NCBI GenBank assembly: GCA_963736855.1
Contig: CAVTQK010000009.1
Location: 608,001-672,000 of the forward strand
Reading direction: 5' to 3'
Origin: an uncultured delta proteobacterium
Lineage (GTDB): Bacteria > Desulfobacterota > Desulfobacteria > Desulfobacterales > UBA2156
Length of the DNA: 64,000 nucleotides
The notes beneath the pieces are model-generated. The model searched no databases. It worked only from the letters and a program-made list of their open reading frames with translations, and was not told the origin of the DNA. The translations under genes and the position numbers were made by a program. Shown one piece after another: positions 10,021 to 20,781 of this stretch. Position 1 is the stretch's first letter, and each line of letters begins with the position of its first letter.

Positions 10021-11575
10021 TTACAACGGCATGTTGCCGTGTTTCTTGGGCGGGTTGGTGTCGCGCTTGTTTTTCAGCATGCGCAGGGCCTGGATCAGTT
10101 TGGGCCGGGTCTCGGCCGGATCGATGACCTCGTCGATGTAACCCAGCTCGGCGGCGCGGTAGGGATTGGAGAATTTTTCGCGGTAGTCTTCGATCAAGCG
10201 GCTTGCGCTCGGCCTGGGGATCAGCGGCCGACTCGATCTGTTCGCGGCTGATGATGTTCACCGCGCCCTCGGCGCCCATCACGGCGATTTCGGCTGTGGG
10301 ATAGGCGATGTTGATGTCGCCGCGGATGTGCTTGGAACTCATCACGATGTAGGCTCCGCCGTAGGCCTTGCGGGTGATGACGGTGATGCGCGGCACCGTG
10401 GCCTCGCAGAAGGCATAGATCAGTTTGGCGCCGTGCTTGATGATGCCGCCGTGCTCCTGATGGGTGCCGGGCAGAAAGCCGGGCACGTCCTCGTAGATGA
10501 TCAGGGGGATGTTGAAGGCATCGCAGAAGCGTACGAAGCGGGCGCCCTTGATGGAGGCATCGATGTCCAGGCAGCCGGCCATGACGGATGGGCTGATTGG
10601 CGACGATGCCCACCGGCGCGCCCTCCAGGCGGCCGAAGCCCACCACGATGTTGCGCGCCCAGTGTTCGTGGACTTCGAAGAAGTGACTGGTCATCCAGGT
10701 TGGAGCGAATGATTGTGCGCATGTCGTAGGGCTTGTTGGGATCGGCGGGCACCGCGTCGCGCAGATCCTCGTCGCGTCGCGCCGGATCGTCGCTGCAGGC
10801 AGTGCGAGGCGGATCCTCCATGTTGTTCTGGGGCAGATAGCTCATCAGTTCCCGGATCATGGCCATGCAGGCACGGTCATCCGGCGCGGCAAAGTGGGCC
10901 ACACCGCTTTTGGCCGCATGGGCCATGGCGCCGCCCAGGTCCTCCTTGGAAACCGTCTCGCGGGTCACGGCCTTGATCACTTCCGGGCCGGTGATGAACA
11001 TGTAGCTGGTTTTTTCTACCATGAAGATCCAGTCGGTCAGGGCCGGCGAGTAGACCGCTCCTCCGGCCGACGGCCCCATGATGGCCGTGATCTGCGGAAT
11101 CACCCCCGAGGCCATGACATTGAGCAGAAAGATATCGGCGTACCCGGCCAGGCTCGTTGACGCCTTCCTGGATGCGGGCCCCGCCCGAATCGCACAGGCC
11201 GATGACAGGCGCGCCCACCTTCATGGCCATTTTCATCACCTTGCAGATTTTTTCGGCATGGGCCAGGGAGAGCGACCCGCCGAAGGAGGTGAAATCCTGG
11301 GCAAAGACGAAAACCTGCCGACCGTGGATCGTGCCCCACCCGGTGACCACGCCGTCGCCGGGGATCTGATTGTCTGCCATGCCGAAATCGGTGCATCGGT
11401 GCGTTTTCAAACGGTCCAGTTCTCGGAAAGTGTGAGGGTCGAGCAGCGCGTCCAGACGTTCACGGGCGGTGAGTTTGCCGCCCTCGTGCTGCTTGCGGAT
11501 GCGCTCGGTGCCGCCGCCTTCCAAGGCCCGGCGGTTTCTCTCTTCCAACTGTGTCAGCAACTCTTTGTTCTCCAT
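10021..11575 (-). pseudogene. Methylmalonyl-/propionyl-CoA carboxyltransferase alpha subunit (MmdA/PccB family), multiple frameshifts
   Basis: [47 protein letters not shown], terminal [13 protein letters not shown] at 10021. Confidence 0.88.
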
Positions 11576-11820
11576 GGACTTTCCTTTCTGAGCGCCGTGT
11601 TGACCACATCCCTAGACTGCTATGGTAAATTTTTATCTTTTATAGAAGATGGTGTAAAAAAACAATTGTTTTTCGATTACGGACGGGTTGATCCTTCGAT
11701 GCCCCCGTTGCTACAGCGACTTGGAGATCAATTATGGCGGCACCCTAATAACTCACTTTGCCGAAGGCGTCCGGCAGCGCTGCAACAGCGAACTGGCCTG
11801 CATATTTTTCACCTTGGTCT

Positions 11821-13032
11821 CTAATGTTTCTTGGACGGTGAAAAATCCTTCATAAGAGGAAAGAAAACACCGAGAATAAAAAAAATCACCAGTGCAGTGA
11901 TAAAAAACCCCTTCTCAAACCCGATCATCGGGATGATTCTTCCCATCAAAGCGGAACTGAGCATCATTCCGAAATAGATGCAGGTATTATAGCCTCCCAT
12001 AGCGAGTCCTCGTGATTCCGGGGGCACGACTTCGGCGATGAGCGCCCCGATCGAGGTGAAAGCCAGCCCCATGCTGATTCCCAGGGTGAGAGCAAAAAAA
12101 ATGAAATGAAGCATAGTTCGGGATATTCCGAAACCGGCCATGGTCGCAGCAAATCCGATAAATCCGATGACAACCAAGGTTCTCCGATCACGAACCCTGT
12201 CGCTCATGTGACCGAAAGGAATACGGGAAACGGCATTACAGAGTCCCTGAGCTGAAAATATCAATCCGATTTGTCCGACATTGAGGTTTTGATTTTGAGC
12301 ATGAAGAGGGATGAAGGTGATGAACATGCCGAGTCCGAAGCAACCGCCCAGTGTGGTGAGCCAACAGGCCAGAAGAGGGCGATTTTTCACCAAACTTTTA
12401 ACGACTTTCGAAATTTTAGGCTTCTCTGAACCGGCACTGTAAGTTGAGTGAAAAGAAGGCAAAATGAGAGCCACTACCCCAAATGTGACTAGAATGACTG
12501 CCCCGGAGATAAGAAAAACCTGCAAGTATCCCATTTCATGAGCCACAAATCCTCCCACCGCGGGCCCCAGGCTCATGGCAGTGTAAAGGGCCGTTGTGTA
12601 CCACCCATAGGAACGCCCCAGGTGAGTGGGCGGAGAAAAATCAGCGACAAATGACATCATCGTCGGACCGAAGGCGGCCAGACCTATACCGAAGAAGAGA
12701 TAGATCCAGGTGATCTGTGCAGGAGTCTCACTGAAATAGAGCAGGAACGAAGTGGCCGATAAAATGAGTAATCCCAGAGATGCGAGCAATTTACGCCCTA
12801 AACGATCCGAGAGGATTCCGAAGGGCAGCGATAACACTCCCGCCATGAGAAAGAACGCTGAATTGATGATTCCCACCTGCGCCGTATCGGCGCCCAGAGA
12901 CCGTGCATAAAGAGGAACGACGGGCATTCGCATGTAAGAGCCCAGATAGCAACAGAAAGCAACCCCGCAGCACATGAAGAGCAGGGTTGCATAAGACGGA
13001 TAAATCAGTTCGTTCCGTGTAACGGTTTTCAT
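11821..13032 (-). CDS. MFS transporter
   Basis: About 12 hydrophobic segments; motif A GILSDRLGRK. Confidence 0.9.
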   Translation of the reverse strand: MKTVTRNELIYPSYATLLFMCCGVAFCCYLGSYMRMPVVPLYARSLGADTAQVGIINSAFFLMAGVLSLPFGILSDRLGRKLLASLGLLILSATSFLLYFSETPAQITWIYLFFGIGLAAFGPTMMSFVADFSPPTHLGRSYGWYTTALYTAMSLGPAVGGFVAHEMGYLQVFLISGAVILVTFGVVALILPSFHSTYSAGSEKPKISKVVKSLVKNRPLLACWLTTLGGCFGLGMFITFIPLHAQNQNLNVGQIGLIFSAQGLCNAVSRIPFGHMSDRVRDRRTLVVIGFIGFAATMAGFGISRTMLHFIFFALTLGISMGLAFTSIGALIAEVVPPESRGLAMGGYNTCIYFGMMLSSALMGRIIPMIGFEKGFFITALVIFFILGVFFPLMKDFSPSKKH

Positions 13033-13165
13033 TCCTATTCCTTCACCAACGCATATCGCTTTTGCAGATCTGATGGATCATTTCGCAAAATCGTCTCACA
13101 AGCGAAACGATGACGCAATATAAAATCATGAAAATGTAGGTTTTCTACAGCGGGTCGGTTCGCTG

Positions 13166-13194
13166 TTGACAGGACGATGCGCTATTCGTATCAT
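13166..13194 (+). promoter_or_regulatory. Sigma70-type promoter for the SWIB gene
   Basis: TTGACA (13166) - 17 nt - TATCAT (13189). Confidence 0.65.
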
Positions 13195-13234
13195 ACACGT
13201 ATTAGGAAATTCACAATATATGAAGGAGTCGGAA

Positions 13235-13561
13235 ATGGCAGAAGCAAAAGGATTGAGCAAACCGGTTAAGTTGAAAAATGAGCTGGCAGAGTTACTGGAA
13301 GCAAAAGAGCTTCCCAGGACAGAGATTACCAAAAAATTATGGGACTACATTAAAGCGAATAAACTTCAGACAAAGACTGAAAATGGAAAGCCTGAAAATG
13401 CAGGCAAGTTCATTGTGGCTGATGCTAAATTGCTCCCGATCTTTAAAAACACAAAATCCCAAAGCAAATCCGGCAAGGTTACTGACCTTACAAATCTGAA
13501 AGAAGGCCAGACGATCAACATGATGCAGGTAGCCGCTGTTGTCAGCGCAAACATAGAATAA
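13235..13561 (+). CDS. Stand-alone SWIB/MDM2-domain protein
   Basis: AAGGAG RBS; LAELL...LPRTEITKKLWDYIKANKLQ signature. Confidence 0.85.
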   Translation: MAEAKGLSKPVKLKNELAELLEAKELPRTEITKKLWDYIKANKLQTKTENGKPENAGKFIVADAKLLPIFKNTKSQSKSGKVTDLTNLKEGQTINMMQVAAVVSANIE

Positions 13562-13567
13562 TCTAAA

Positions 13568-13606
13568 TGTGTCGGGCCTGCATATGAATAATGCAGGCCC
13601 GACACA
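13568..13606. terminator. Perfect 16-bp inverted repeat after the SWIB gene (terminator-like hairpin)
   Basis: TGTGTCGGGCCTGCAT-N7-ATGCAGGCCCGACACA; no strong U-tract. Confidence 0.55.
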
Positions 13607-13629
13607 CCTGAGAAAACAATACGAAGCGA

Positions 13630-13699
13630 ATCGGGTAAGGGGGAGTCTTTCTCTTCTCCTCCCCACACCACCTGCATACGGGCCAGCACTAAGCGGTTC
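13630..13699 (-). mobile_element. Group IIC intron 3' remnant (domains V-VI)
   Basis: Minus strand GAACCGCTTAGTGCTGGCCCGTATGCAGGTGGTGTGGGGAGG...CCCCTTACCCGAT matches class C DV/DVI architecture with a CCG triad and AT terminus. Confidence 0.7.
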
Positions 13700-13766
13700 G
13701 AAAAAATTATCGGACCATATCCGGATAAAAGTATCAGTCCGCAGTTCTTTGAGAGGAGAATGACCC

Positions 13767-14912
13767 ATGGCGTATAAAGATATCCTGAAAAACGGAATAA
13801 GGACGTTCGAGGATCTGGAGAAATGGCTCACCGGGCAGAAGGCGAGGGTCGATCCCAGACTCAGGGAGGTCATCGCCAGATATCCCATGAGAGTCAATAC
13901 CTATTATCTCGGACTCATCGAAAAGATGAACGACGGCATATGGAAACAATCGATTCCCAACGTCGAGGAACTCGAGCATTACATGGACCTGTCGGAGGAT
14001 CCGCTGGATGAGGAGGGAGACATTCCTCTCGGCGGCCCGAGGACCATCATACATAGGTATCCGGACAGGGTTCTGTTGTTCGTGTCCAATGAGTGCGCGA
14101 TGTACTGCAGATTCTGCACCAGAAAACGGAAAGTGGGCGACGATCGTAAAAATCCGTCCAAAGAGGAGATCGGCAAGGGGATCGAATACATCGCGTCCCA
14201 CGAAGATATCAGAGACGTGCTGATCTCCGGTGGGGATCCCTTGCTGATTCCGACCAAAAGACTCGATGAGATCCTCGGCGGTCTCAGAGCCATCCGGCAC
14301 CTGGATCTGATCAGAATCGGCACGAGGGTTCCGTGCGTCTGGCCGCAGAAAATAATCGAAGACACGGAATTGATCGAGATGCTCAAGAGCCATACGCCTC
14401 GGTCGCTCAAGAATCCACAGATCTATATCAACACACACTTCAACCATCCCTGTGAAATCACGGACCAGAGTTATCAGGCCGTCAAGATTTTGAGGGATCT
14501 GGGCATTCCCGTTGCGAACCAGAGCGTCCTGCTCAAAGGGGTCAACGACGACACGGACGTGATGAGGGACCTGGTGCATGGTCTGGGCAGGATGGGAGTA
14601 CGGCCCTATTATCTCTACTACGCCGATCTCGTTGAGGGAACAGGTCATTTTCGAACCGAAGTGTACAAAGGAAAAGAAATCTGCCGAGACCTCTGCGGGG
14701 CCACCACCGGTTTTCTGCGCCCCACCTATGTCGTGGACGCGCAGGGCGGACGGGGCAAAGTCCCGGTGGACCTCGGCTTCTCGGACGGAATCAGCGAAGA
14801 CAAAAAGGGCGGAATACTCACTTCAGCCATCGGACTCGGAAAGGTCTATGTGAACGATCCGATCGAAAAAATCGAGGGGAAGCCGACGCGGCACAATCCG
14901 AACCGGAAGTAA
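13767..14912 (+). CDS. KamA-family radical SAM aminomutase (lysine 2,3-aminomutase-like)
   Basis: HRYPDRVL, CAMYCRFCTR, ISGGDPL, NQSVLLKGVND, PLP-lysine GGRGKVP. Confidence 0.9.
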   Translation: MAYKDILKNGIRTFEDLEKWLTGQKARVDPRLREVIARYPMRVNTYYLGLIEKMNDGIWKQSIPNVEELEHYMDLSEDPLDEEGDIPLGGPRTIIHRYPDRVLLFVSNECAMYCRFCTRKRKVGDDRKNPSKEEIGKGIEYIASHEDIRDVLISGGDPLLIPTKRLDEILGGLRAIRHLDLIRIGTRVPCVWPQKIIEDTELIEMLKSHTPRSLKNPQIYINTHFNHPCEITDQSYQAVKILRDLGIPVANQSVLLKGVNDDTDVMRDLVHGLGRMGVRPYYLYYADLVEGTGHFRTEVYKGKEICRDLCGATTGFLRPTYVVDAQGGRGKVPVDLGFSDGISEDKKGGILTSAIGLGKVYVNDPIEKIEGKPTRHNPNRK

Positions 14913-14949
14913 AGCAAGGGGCGCGGCCCTGGCTCCATAACGAGCACTT

Positions 14950-15175
14950 CAATGCCGGCGCCCAAGCCATTCGCAGTGTATCGATAAACTCATCCGCCCA
15001 ACGTGAAGCCCGTTCAGGGGTAACGCACAGGTTTCCCCAATACTCCGTTAACAGTTCGAGATAAGGGATTTCGTCGGCCTCCACCGCCGCCCAGAGGCGT
15101 TCGAGCCAATGGTTCCGGAGCCGGTCCCCAGCCGGTGCGTCGGCGATGATTTGAATGTGATGGCGTTATGGGCTT
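14950..15175 (-). pseudogene. Internal fragment of a hypothetical protein gene
   Basis: Protein-like reading IIADAPAGDRLRNHWLERLWAAVEADEIPYLELLTEYWGNLC with no proper start or stop. Confidence 0.4.
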
Positions 15176-15269
15176 GGAAAAGGAGATAAATTTTGTATGA
15201 TATAATAATCACTTAATGATATCTCAACAAGAAATCAGGTAAAGGGGACAGTTGTTTTCACGAGCAAAC

Positions 15270-16205
15270 ATGGATTCTCCGATATCGATGCGACCGAAAG
15301 TGGTGGTTCTCTGCGGGCCGACGGGGGTGGGGAAGACCGCCGCGGCCATCGCCGTCGCAAAGCACTTTTCCGCCGAGATCGTCAACGCCGATTCCATGCA
15401 GGTGTACCGGTTGATGGACATCGGGACGGCCAAACCCGGGCCGGAAGAACGCCGGGCCGTGCCCCATCACCTCATCGACATCATCGATCCGGACGCACCA
15501 TTCAGCGCCGCCGCCTATGCAACGTTTGCAGCAAAAGTTATCGACACACTCCATGAAAACGGAATCCTCCCTCTTGTCGTAGGCGGAACCGGCCTTTACA
15601 TCAAAGCCCTGCTTCACGGGTTGTTTAAGGAAGTCCCGAAGAATCCACGTATCCGTTCCCGGCTCAAGGCGGAAGCAGCCGTATCCGGAATCGGAGAGTT
15701 GCATGCCCGGCTTCAACACCTGGATCCCGAAGCCGCTCGGCGGATCCATCCCAACGATGCCTTCCGCGTCATCCGTGCCCTGGAAATCTGCGAGTCCACG
15801 CATACCTCCCTCTCCAAACACCATGCCGCTCATGGATTTTCCAAAAAACCCTTCGATGCCCTGAAAATCGGGCTCACCCTGGAACGGAATGTGCTCTACG
15901 ATCGTATCAACCGGCGAGTGGATCAAATGCTCGCCGCCGGTCTCCTGGAAGAGGTGGAGTCCCTCTTGAAAAAAGGATACGATCCCACGCTGAAATCGAT
16001 GCAGGCCATCGGGTACCGTCACATGATACAATTCATTCAAAAAGAAAGGTCATGGGACGAGGCCGTTTCCACCATGAAGCGCGACACCCGCCGGTACGCC
16101 AAACGGCAGTGGACCTGGTTTCGGGCAGACCCGCAGGTGAACTGGTACACACCGGACGCCGTCGAAGACATCTGCCGAGCCGTTGCCGCGCACCTGGAAG
16201 GCTGA
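15270..16205 (+). CDS. miaA: tRNA dimethylallyltransferase
   Basis: GPTGVGKT, DSMQVYRLMDIGTAKP, VGGTGLY, YAKRQWTWF. Confidence 0.96.
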   Translation: MDSPISMRPKVVVLCGPTGVGKTAAAIAVAKHFSAEIVNADSMQVYRLMDIGTAKPGPEERRAVPHHLIDIIDPDAPFSAAAYATFAAKVIDTLHENGILPLVVGGTGLYIKALLHGLFKEVPKNPRIRSRLKAEAAVSGIGELHARLQHLDPEAARRIHPNDAFRVIRALEICESTHTSLSKHHAAHGFSKKPFDALKIGLTLERNVLYDRINRRVDQMLAAGLLEEVESLLKKGYDPTLKSMQAIGYRHMIQFIQKERSWDEAVSTMKRDTRRYAKRQWTWFRADPQVNWYTPDAVEDICRAVAAHLEG

Positions 16206-16339
16206 ATGCTCGTTTGAAAGCAAATATATGCCAATTCTTGTTGACACTTCAATGTATTTATATAAATATCAAACAGTTATAATATTCCTGAATTTTTCAG
16301 ATCCATCCATCACGCTCACTGACCGAAAAGATCCTGGAA

Positions 16340-17353
16340 ATGCCAAGGGATAAACTAAAAAAGAGGATCGCCCTTTTTTTCACCGGAGGCACTATTACCA
16401 TGAAACCGGTCTCCGGCCGGAAAGGAGTCGTTCCCAGCAAAGCCTTCGAGCGCTTCTTCTCCGAATTGGACCCGCTGGTCCATAACGTCCGTATAAAACC
16501 TGTGCCGTGGTCCAACCTGCCTAGTCCTCACATGACTCCGGAAAAGATGTTTCAACTGGCAAAGGACGTGGACGAAAAGCTTGGCGATCCGGACTTCATC
16601 GGCGCCGTGGTGATCCACGGTACCGACGTCCTGGTGGAATCGGCCTATATGGCGGATCTGGTGGTGGCCACTTCCAAGCCCATCATCTTCACCGGCTCCA
16701 TGCGGTACTACAGCGAGGCAGGATATGACGGAATCCGGAACCTGCTCAACAGCATCAAGGCCTGTCTGCTTCCCATGCCGCCCGAAAACAGCGTCTTATT
16801 GCTCATGACCGACCGGCTCTTCGGCGCCCGGGAGGTCATCAAGATCAATGCCTTGAACATGGATGCCTTCGAAGCGCCGGAAAGCGGACCTGTGGCTTAT
16901 GTGGCCGGAGATACGATCCTGCTGACCCGGGGCCGGAAAGGATGCGATCGATCGAAGCGACCGCTTATCCCGACGGAAAGGATCGAACCCCGGGTTGCCT
17001 TGATTACCTGCTATACCGGGATGGACGGCGATCTCATCGAGCATCTGCACCGGCAGGGCGTTGCCGGACTGGTCATCGAAGGATTCGGGGCCGGAAATGT
17101 TCCGCCGGGGATCGTCCCTGCCGTCGAAAAGCTGATCGAGGATGGGATCCCCGTGGTGCTCACCACGCAGTGCGCCGAAGGCGGGGTCTGGCCCATCTAT
17201 GCCTATCCGGGCGGCGGGGCGGACCTGGTCAAAAAAGGGGTGATTCTGGGAGGCAGGCTTTCCGGCGCCAAGGCCCGAATCCAGGTCATGGTCGCCGTGG
17301 GGGCCGGCATGAACCCGGATGAAATCAAAAAGATGTTCGAAAGCAGCTTCTGA
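16340..17353 (+). CDS. L-asparaginase
   Basis: TGGTI, HGTD, IFTGSMR, EGFGAGN. Confidence 0.9.
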   Translation: MPRDKLKKRIALFFTGGTITMKPVSGRKGVVPSKAFERFFSELDPLVHNVRIKPVPWSNLPSPHMTPEKMFQLAKDVDEKLGDPDFIGAVVIHGTDVLVESAYMADLVVATSKPIIFTGSMRYYSEAGYDGIRNLLNSIKACLLPMPPENSVLLLMTDRLFGAREVIKINALNMDAFEAPESGPVAYVAGDTILLTRGRKGCDRSKRPLIPTERIEPRVALITCYTGMDGDLIEHLHRQGVAGLVIEGFGAGNVPPGIVPAVEKLIEDGIPVVLTTQCAEGGVWPIYAYPGGGADLVKKGVILGGRLSGAKARIQVMVAVGAGMNPDEIKKMFESSF

Positions 17354-17367
17354 TGATGAGGAAAACC

Positions 17368-18753
17368 ATGAAACGCATCCGAGTCAAAGCAGCCCTTGCT
17401 TCCGATGCTCCGATGGATTCCATTCGAATCCAGGGTTGGGTCCGCACTCGAAGGGATTCCAAGGACTTTTCTTTTCTCGAGATCAACGACGGATCGTGCC
17501 TGAAGAATATCCAGGTCATTATCGACAAGGATACTCCGGCCTTTGCCGATCTTAAGGACATCCAGACCGGGGCATCCATAGAGGTGTCGGGGGCCTTAAT
17601 GGAATCACCCGGTAAAGGCCAGCGATGGGAAATCAAGGCACGAGACCTGAAGCTCTTCGGTGCTGCGGATCCGGAATCATATCCGCTTCAAAAGAAACGG
17701 CATTCGGATGAATTCCTGCGAACAATGGCCCATCTGCGGCCCCGGACCAACAAATACGGCGCCCTGTTTCGCATTCGATCCGAAAGCGCTTTTTCCGTAC
17801 ATCAATATTTCAGGGACAGGGGATTTATTTATCTGAACAGCCCCATCATTACGGGGTCCGACTGCGAAGGCGCCGGAGAGCTCTTTCGAGTGACCACCCT
17901 TCCTGTCAATCTCCCGCATGCGGAATCGAAAACCGATATCTTTCAGGATGATTTTTTCGGGAAAGAGGCCGGTCTGACGGTTTCCGGACAACTGGAAGCC
18001 GAGTTGTTCGCCTGTGCCATGGGAAATGTCTATACCTTCGGACCGACTTTTCGGGCGGAAAATTCCAACACCCCCCGGCACGCCGCCGAATTCTGGATGA
18101 TCGAGCCGGAGATGGCTTTCGCCGACCTTTCCGACAACATGGACTTGGCCGAAGACCTCGTCAAGCACATGACCCGGCATGTGGTGGAGCAATGCTCAGA
18201 GGATTTGGAACTTTTTACCCGGTTCGTGGACAAAGACCTTATGAAGCATGTGGAGATGGTCCTGAACAGCACCTACGAGCGCATCCCCTATGCCGAAGCC
18301 ATCGATATTTTAAAGAAATCCGCTAAATTGTTCGAGTTTCCCGTCGACTTCGGCGTGGATCTTCAGACCGAACATGAACGGTATCTATGCGAGATGCACT
18401 TTCAAAAGCCGGTCATCGTCTACGATTATCCGAAAGCGATCAAAGCCTTTTACATGCGGCTCAATGACGATAATACCACCGTTGCCGCCATGGATCTTCT
18501 GGTCCCGAGGGTCGGGGAGCTCGTAGGAGGAAGCCAGCGGGAGGAACGTTACGACGTTCTCAAGCGCCGGATCCTGGAAAGCGGTATGGACCCCGCGGAT
18601 TACTGGTGGTATCTGGATATCCGTCGATACGGCACGGTTTACCATTCCGGGTTCGGATTGGGGTTTGAGCGTTTCCTGATGATGGTCACCGGTGTCACCA
18701 ACATCCGGGACATTATCCCCTTTCCCCGGACCCCCAAGCATCTCGAATTTTGA
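17368..18753 (+). CDS. asnS: Asparagine--tRNA ligase
   Basis: GWVRTRR, TVSGQLEAE, FGPTFRAENS, GFGLGFER, PFPR. Confidence 0.96.
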   Translation: MKRIRVKAALASDAPMDSIRIQGWVRTRRDSKDFSFLEINDGSCLKNIQVIIDKDTPAFADLKDIQTGASIEVSGALMESPGKGQRWEIKARDLKLFGAADPESYPLQKKRHSDEFLRTMAHLRPRTNKYGALFRIRSESAFSVHQYFRDRGFIYLNSPIITGSDCEGAGELFRVTTLPVNLPHAESKTDIFQDDFFGKEAGLTVSGQLEAELFACAMGNVYTFGPTFRAENSNTPRHAAEFWMIEPEMAFADLSDNMDLAEDLVKHMTRHVVEQCSEDLELFTRFVDKDLMKHVEMVLNSTYERIPYAEAIDILKKSAKLFEFPVDFGVDLQTEHERYLCEMHFQKPVIVYDYPKAIKAFYMRLNDDNTTVAAMDLLVPRVGELVGGSQREERYDVLKRRILESGMDPADYWWYLDIRRYGTVYHSGFGLGFERFLMMVTGVTNIRDIIPFPRTPKHLEF

Positions 18754-18910
18754 ACTTCGGACGAAACGAGGCCCTTTTTTAAACTATCTGTGTCGTGGGC
18801 ACTAGAAACCGGGGCTGAAGCCCGCTTACGATCCCTTTTCGCTTTTAGTCTATTCGGCTTGCGGGGCAGACGTGCGGGATGCAATCGTCTCCGAAAATTC
18901 TTTCGGCGGT

Positions 18911-19432
18911 CTATTCCCCCTCGAACTCGGTGAGGGTAAAAATTTTATAATTTTGAATCAGCTCACACCCCTTCAAATCAGGCAACCCCACCAGGAAGGC
19001 GCACTCGACGATGATACCGCCAAGCTTTTCCACCAGGCGGGTAGCCGCGGCAATGGTCCCGCCTGTTGCAATCAGGTCGTCCACGATAAGGACTCGGTCC
19101 CCTTTCCGGATAGCGTCTTCGTGAATCTCGACGACGCTGGTTCCATACTCCAGGGAATAGGATTCGCTGACGGTCTTGTAAGGGAGTTTTCCCTTTTTAC
19201 GGATCGGGACAAACCCGGTATTCAGCTTATAAGCCAAAACCGACCCGAAGATGAACCCCCTGGCATCGATCCCAACAACCTTGTCAAGGCCAATGTCCCG
19301 ATACCGTTCGTAAAAAAGGTCGCAGGCCTTTCGAAAGGCTCCGGGATCCTGAAGGAGCGTGGTGATATCCCGGAACATCACCCCCTCGATGGGCCAATGG
19401 GGAACGGTCCGAATTGTTTCTTTTAAATCCAT
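18911..19432 (-). CDS. apt: Adenine phosphoribosyltransferase
   Basis: [26 protein letters not shown]. Confidence 0.95.
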   Translation of the reverse strand: MDLKETIRTVPHWPIEGVMFRDITTLLQDPGAFRKACDLFYERYRDIGLDKVVGIDARGFIFGSVLAYKLNTGFVPIRKKGKLPYKTVSESYSLEYGTSVVEIHEDAIRKGDRVLIVDDLIATGGTIAAATRLVEKLGGIIVECAFLVGLPDLKGCELIQNYKIFTLTEFEGE

Positions 19433-19443
19433 TTTGCAATCCC

Positions 19444-20190
19444 TCACTCGATATTTCCGATGGCATGAACGAGAATCTTTTTGACGTTTTCGGCGTTACG
19501 GTTAGATACGGCTAGAATCTCCTCCCAGGATACCGGGGGTTCATCTTCCTTCCAACAATCATAATCGGTGGACATGGCCACCACGGCATAAGGTATCTTG
19601 ACCTCGTTAGCCAAGGCGGCTTCTGTAGCCACCGACATATTGATCACGTCTCCTCCCCAGGTCTGAAACATCCGTGATTCGGCCCGGGTGGAAAACCGGG
19701 GTCCCTCAATGGTCACCACTGTACCCCCATAATGGGTTTTAAATTTCAACTCAATGGCGGAATCATGCAGGATCTTTCGGAGATTCGCATCAAAGGGGTC
19801 GGCCATAGCGCTATGGTTGATCCCCTTTTCAAACGACTCCCAAAAGGTGTTTTTTCGCAATCGGGTAAAATCGATGAACTGATCAACGATGACGAAATCT
19901 CCCTTCTCGATCCCTGTCTTCAAGCTGCCGCAGGCTGTCGTGGCCAGGATATGGGTGACGCCTTGCTCCTTAAGGGCAAATATATTGGCCCTGAAGTTGA
20001 TCTCGGATGGGCTGTATTGGTGCTTTTTCCCATGGCGGGATAGCAACGCAACCATTTTCCCATGGATGGTGCCTATGGAAAGAGGAGAAGTCGGCCTGCC
20101 ATATGGCGTTTCGACTTCTATCTCCTTTGGATCCAGCAGGATTTCAGGATCGTCCAAGCCGGATCCGCCGATGATGCCGATTTTGACCAT
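19444..20190 (-). CDS. mtnP: S-methyl-5'-thioadenosine phosphorylase
   Basis: [29 protein letters not shown]. Confidence 0.92.
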   Translation of the reverse strand: MVKIGIIGGSGLDDPEILLDPKEIEVETPYGRPTSPLSIGTIHGKMVALLSRHGKKHQYSPSEINFRANIFALKEQGVTHILATTACGSLKTGIEKGDFVIVDQFIDFTRLRKNTFWESFEKGINHSAMADPFDANLRKILHDSAIELKFKTHYGGTVVTIEGPRFSTRAESRMFQTWGGDVINMSVATEAALANEVKIPYAVVAMSTDYDCWKEDEPPVSWEEILAVSNRNAENVKKILVHAIGNIE

Positions 20191-20294
20191 GGATCACCTT
20201 CCTCAGATTAACCGTTAAACTCCATTTTAAAAGCGGAATCACATTTTAAGACAATTAGTATAGTTGGGTGCTCTATCAGGTTCAAGTTAATTTT

Positions 20295-20447
20295 GATGGC
20301 TTCGCAAAAAGTCCAAAATCAGATGGCAAAGTAAAAAGTTCAAGTTCAAGGCGTCGCGAATCCCGTGTGATGAGGCGTACTTATCGTACGTCGAAATCGC
20401 AACGGGATGAAGCGCAACGCAGAAATTGGACTTTTTACGAAGCCATC
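20295..20447. mobile_element. MITE-like repeat, copy 2 (divergent interior)
   Basis: TIRs GATGGCTTCGCAAAAAGTCCAA / TTGGACTTTTTACGAAGCCATC; flanks AATTTT / AATTTA. Confidence 0.8.
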
Positions 20448-20556
20448 AATTTAAAAAATCAATTGCTTTCGGTATCACTACGAAGGAACCAAGTTGTTGA
20501 CCCCTTATTACGCATCCTGTAATAAGATTGACAACAGCTTTGTGAAAGGAACCTCA

Positions 20557-20730
20557 ATGAATCGCATACAGACCTTCATCCTTCGGGCTGTCTTGGGACT
20601 TGTCTTGTCTGTCCTCATCGATAAAATGTTTTTTGGGCAAATCAATCCCGTTCGCGTTGGATTTTTGGCCTCGCTGATGGTGATGATGGCCTATGTGACG
20701 GAATACCTGCGATTGCGAAAAAAGCAATAG
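20557..20730 (+). CDS. Small two-helix membrane protein upstream of selB
   Basis: AAGGA RBS; two hydrophobic segments and a basic C-terminus. Confidence 0.6.
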   Translation: MNRIQTFILRAVLGLVLSVLIDKMFFGQINPVRVGFLASLMVMMAYVTEYLRLRKKQ

Positions 20731-20781
20731 TCCGGATGGCTGTACCCTCTCGAATTTGAAAACGGAGGTAATCTAACCCCC

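Noticed and set aside
15160..15175. GTTATGG as an attC core next to the kamA islet
   Set aside because: No partner L/R boxes; the sequence is explained by the minus-strand gene fragment.
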